Shown here: positions 62,442 to 64,000 of the stretch, one piece after another
How the letters are laid out: the number at the start of each line of letters is the position of its first letter
How positions within the stretch are numbered: position 1 is the first letter of the stretch
Assembly (NCBI GenBank): GCA_014729775.1
Contig: WJJJ01000013.1
Location: forward strand, 2,947 to 66,946
Direction of reading: 5' to 3'
Length of the DNA: 64,000 nucleotides
Origin: Candidatus Omnitrophota bacterium
GTDB taxonomy: Bacteria; Omnitrophota; Gorgyraeia; Duberdicusellales; 4484-171
Program-made: the position numbers and the translations under genes
The notes under the pieces: generated by a model
The model's input: the letters and a program-made list of their open reading frames with translations, nothing else
Told to the model about the DNA's origin: nothing
Database searches by the model: none

Positions 62442-62810
62442 GTGGAGCCCATGAGTGTCGAAAAAGCATTAGATCATTTTTTGGGAAGGAACGGGTGCCA
62501 GAGGGTAAATTGCGCTCACGCGCTGGGTAAAGCCTTTCAGGATGAAGCCGGTCTTTCCCCGGATGTGGTCCAGTCGTTCTCGCGTCGTGGTCACGGCCGC
62601 GCGCCGGAGGGGGACTGCGGGGCGTTGTACGCCGGCCGGGTGCTGATCGCTCATTATGATCCGCCGCGGGAAGAAGAATGCGTCAACGTGTTCGTCGGCG
62701 AAGCGGGCGCCCGCCGCTGCAGGGATATTCGTTCTTCCCGTTCTCTCACCTGCGCGCAGTGCGTGGAGGCGGTGGCTCGTTATTGTGCCCGGATCTTTTC
62801 CTCTCCGTAG
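62442..62810 (+). CDS. C_GCAxxG_C_C-family putative redox-active protein
   Basis: NCAHALGKAFQDEAGL and GDCGALYAGRVLI correspond to the family's N-C-A-Q-A / C-G-A-x-x-G motifs; two C-terminal Cys. Confidence 0.6.
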   Translation: MEPMSVEKALDHFLGRNGCQRVNCAHALGKAFQDEAGLSPDVVQSFSRRGHGRAPEGDCGALYAGRVLIAHYDPPREEECVNVFVGEAGARRCRDIRSSRSLTCAQCVEAVARYCARIFSSP

Positions 62811-63053
62811 AGCGCGTTTTTCTCTGTTTTCCCCCATATCTTTTCTGTGCGTTTCTATTTTTCGCCATACTTCAGGACCGAAAAAGGGAGAAAAAAGTCA
62901 AGGTAAACCGGAAGGAAGGTGTTGCCTGGAAGCAGTGTCTTTGATACACTTTTCGTGTTTTGAGAATGTTGTATCTTGGAAAATGATTTTGTTTCAAGTA
63001 TAATAGCAGATATTGAGCCTGGGGATTTCTCATTGTATCGGATGAGGGAATGC

Positions 63054-64000
63054 ATGATTGAGTACGCGCATAAACGGGTGGTGATTGAGAACCTTACTCC
63101 CGAGGTGAATGAAGGCCGGTATCCGGTCAAACGCACGGTTGGGGAATTGGTAAAGGTCGAGGCCGATGTGTTTGCCGATGGACACGACCATGTGACCGCG
63201 GAACTGCTTTTTCGCCGTGCCGATCAGTCCCGCTGGCGTACGGTATCCATGCGACACTTAGGCAACGACCGCTGGAGGGGAGAGTTCTCGATTGAAGAGG
63301 AATGCGAATATTTATATACCGTCCGGGGGTGGGTTGATCCGTTTCGTTCCTGGCAGAATGATTTGCGCAAGAAGCTGGACGCCGGCGTTGACGTGTCCGT
63401 GGACGCGCTGGCCGGGGTAAAATTAATGAGAGAATCGTACCGGGAGAAAAAAACGAAACGCGCCGTCCGGCTGAAAGCGCTGGCTGATGAAATCGAAGCA
63501 GCGCATACCGACGCCGACCGGATCCGTTTGTTGTGTTTTACCGAGGAACTGACCGCGATAATGAGCCAGCCGGATCCGGCGCGGGTGAGTGAATATCCGC
63601 GGCAGTTGCGGGTCCAGGTAGACCGGGAGAAAGCGCGTTTTTCCGCCTGGTATGAGTTTTTCCCCCGGTCGCGGGGCAGGCGTCGGGGTGCGCACGGTAC
63701 ACTGCGTGAAAGCGAACGGCTTTTGCCGGAAATCGCCCGGATGGGGTTTGATGTAGTCTATCTGCCTCCTGTCCATCCGATCGGCGTCACCAACCGTAAA
63801 GGAAAAAATAACACCGTGAACGCGGAACCGGGGGATCCGGGAAGTCCCTGGGCGATCGGTTCGGCAGAGGGAGGACACACTGCGCTCGCTCCGGAGCTGG
63901 GAGCGATGAAAGATTTCACGCATTTTGTCTCCGCGGCGGGCCGTCACGGACTCGAAGTCGCGCTTGATCTCGCCTTTCAGTGTTCGCCCGACCATCCTTA
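63054..64000 (+). CDS. glgE: alpha-1,4-glucan:maltose-1-phosphate maltosyltransferase GlgE (N-terminal part, continues beyond window)
   Basis: Hand translation MIEYAHKRVVIENLTPEVNEGRYPVKRTVGELVKVEADVFADGHDH...WYEFFPRS...FDVVYLPPVHPIGVTNRKGKNNT..AEPGDPGSPWAIGS matches GlgE N-domain and catalytic-domain start; not in ORF track because no stop in window. Confidence 0.8.
   Translation, partial: MIEYAHKRVVIENLTPEVNEGRYPVKRTVGELVKVEADVFADGHDHVTAELLFRRADQSRWRTVSMRHLGNDRWRGEFSIEEECEYLYTVRGWVDPFRSWQNDLRKKLDAGVDVSVDALAGVKLMRESYREKKTKRAVRLKALADEIEAAHTDADRIRLLCFTEELTAIMSQPDPARVSEYPRQLRVQVDREKARFSAWYEFFPRSRGRRRGAHGTLRESERLLPEIARMGFDVVYLPPVHPIGVTNRKGKNNTVNAEPGDPGSPWAIGSAEGGHTALAPELGAMKDFTHFVSAAGRHGLEVALDLAFQCSPDHP

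Noticed and set aside
63423-63995. Minus-strand 190-aa ORF from the track
   Set aside because: Antisense to a clearly recognisable GlgE reading frame on the plus strand.

Overview
This ~64 kb window is a high-GC bacterial chromosomal segment with anaerobe-like gene content. Its first ~37 kb is almost entirely plus-strand and encodes what looks like a complete PEP-CTERM/exosortase (EpsH/XrtA-type) exopolysaccharide and protein-sorting locus. That locus comprises EPS tailoring genes (GT2, VanZ-like, LbH acetyltransferase, two GT4, two polysaccharide deacetylases and an unusual 846-aa tandem ATP-grasp fusion), then the PrsK/PrsR sigma-54 two-component pair. After that comes a tandem array of seven PEP-CTERM cargo genes, several preceded by textbook sigma-54 -24/-12 promoters, followed by an inserted IS200-like/RAYT transposase with GTAG-palindrome (REP-like) repeats. 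Next are an RND exporter/E1-like/LolA-like/beta-barrel cassette, an AT-rich N-acyl amino acid synthase-like gene with a PilZ gene, the EpsB-type priming sugar transferase, a 66-aa lipobox-plus-PEP-CTERM mini-protein, two paralogous TPR lipoproteins, exosortase plus EpsI, a second GAF-kinase/NtrC-type pair, and rpoN itself. The remaining ~27 kb is mostly housekeeping and stress genes: yqeY, an rlpA-like gene, glgP, a class I aldolase very similar to E. coli FbaB, an rpsU gene missed by the ORF track, and an HDOD/PAS-kinase/CheY signalling operon. It also carries a UPF0016/ZupT/Fur metal module with two Fur-box palindromes that also precede a DUF5320 plus two NifX-like plus two Fe-S P-loop ATPase cluster. 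The rest includes a FAD oxidoreductase flanked by two near-identical ~100-bp REPIN-like elements, MscS, a PerR-like regulator with several flavodoxin-fold proteins, Nudix, MATE, a C_GCAxxG_C_C protein and a 3'-truncated glgE. No rRNA, tRNA or CRISPR array was found. Start codons were adjusted by eye using RBS and ATGA-type overlaps. All product calls are motif- or memory-based and no searches were run.
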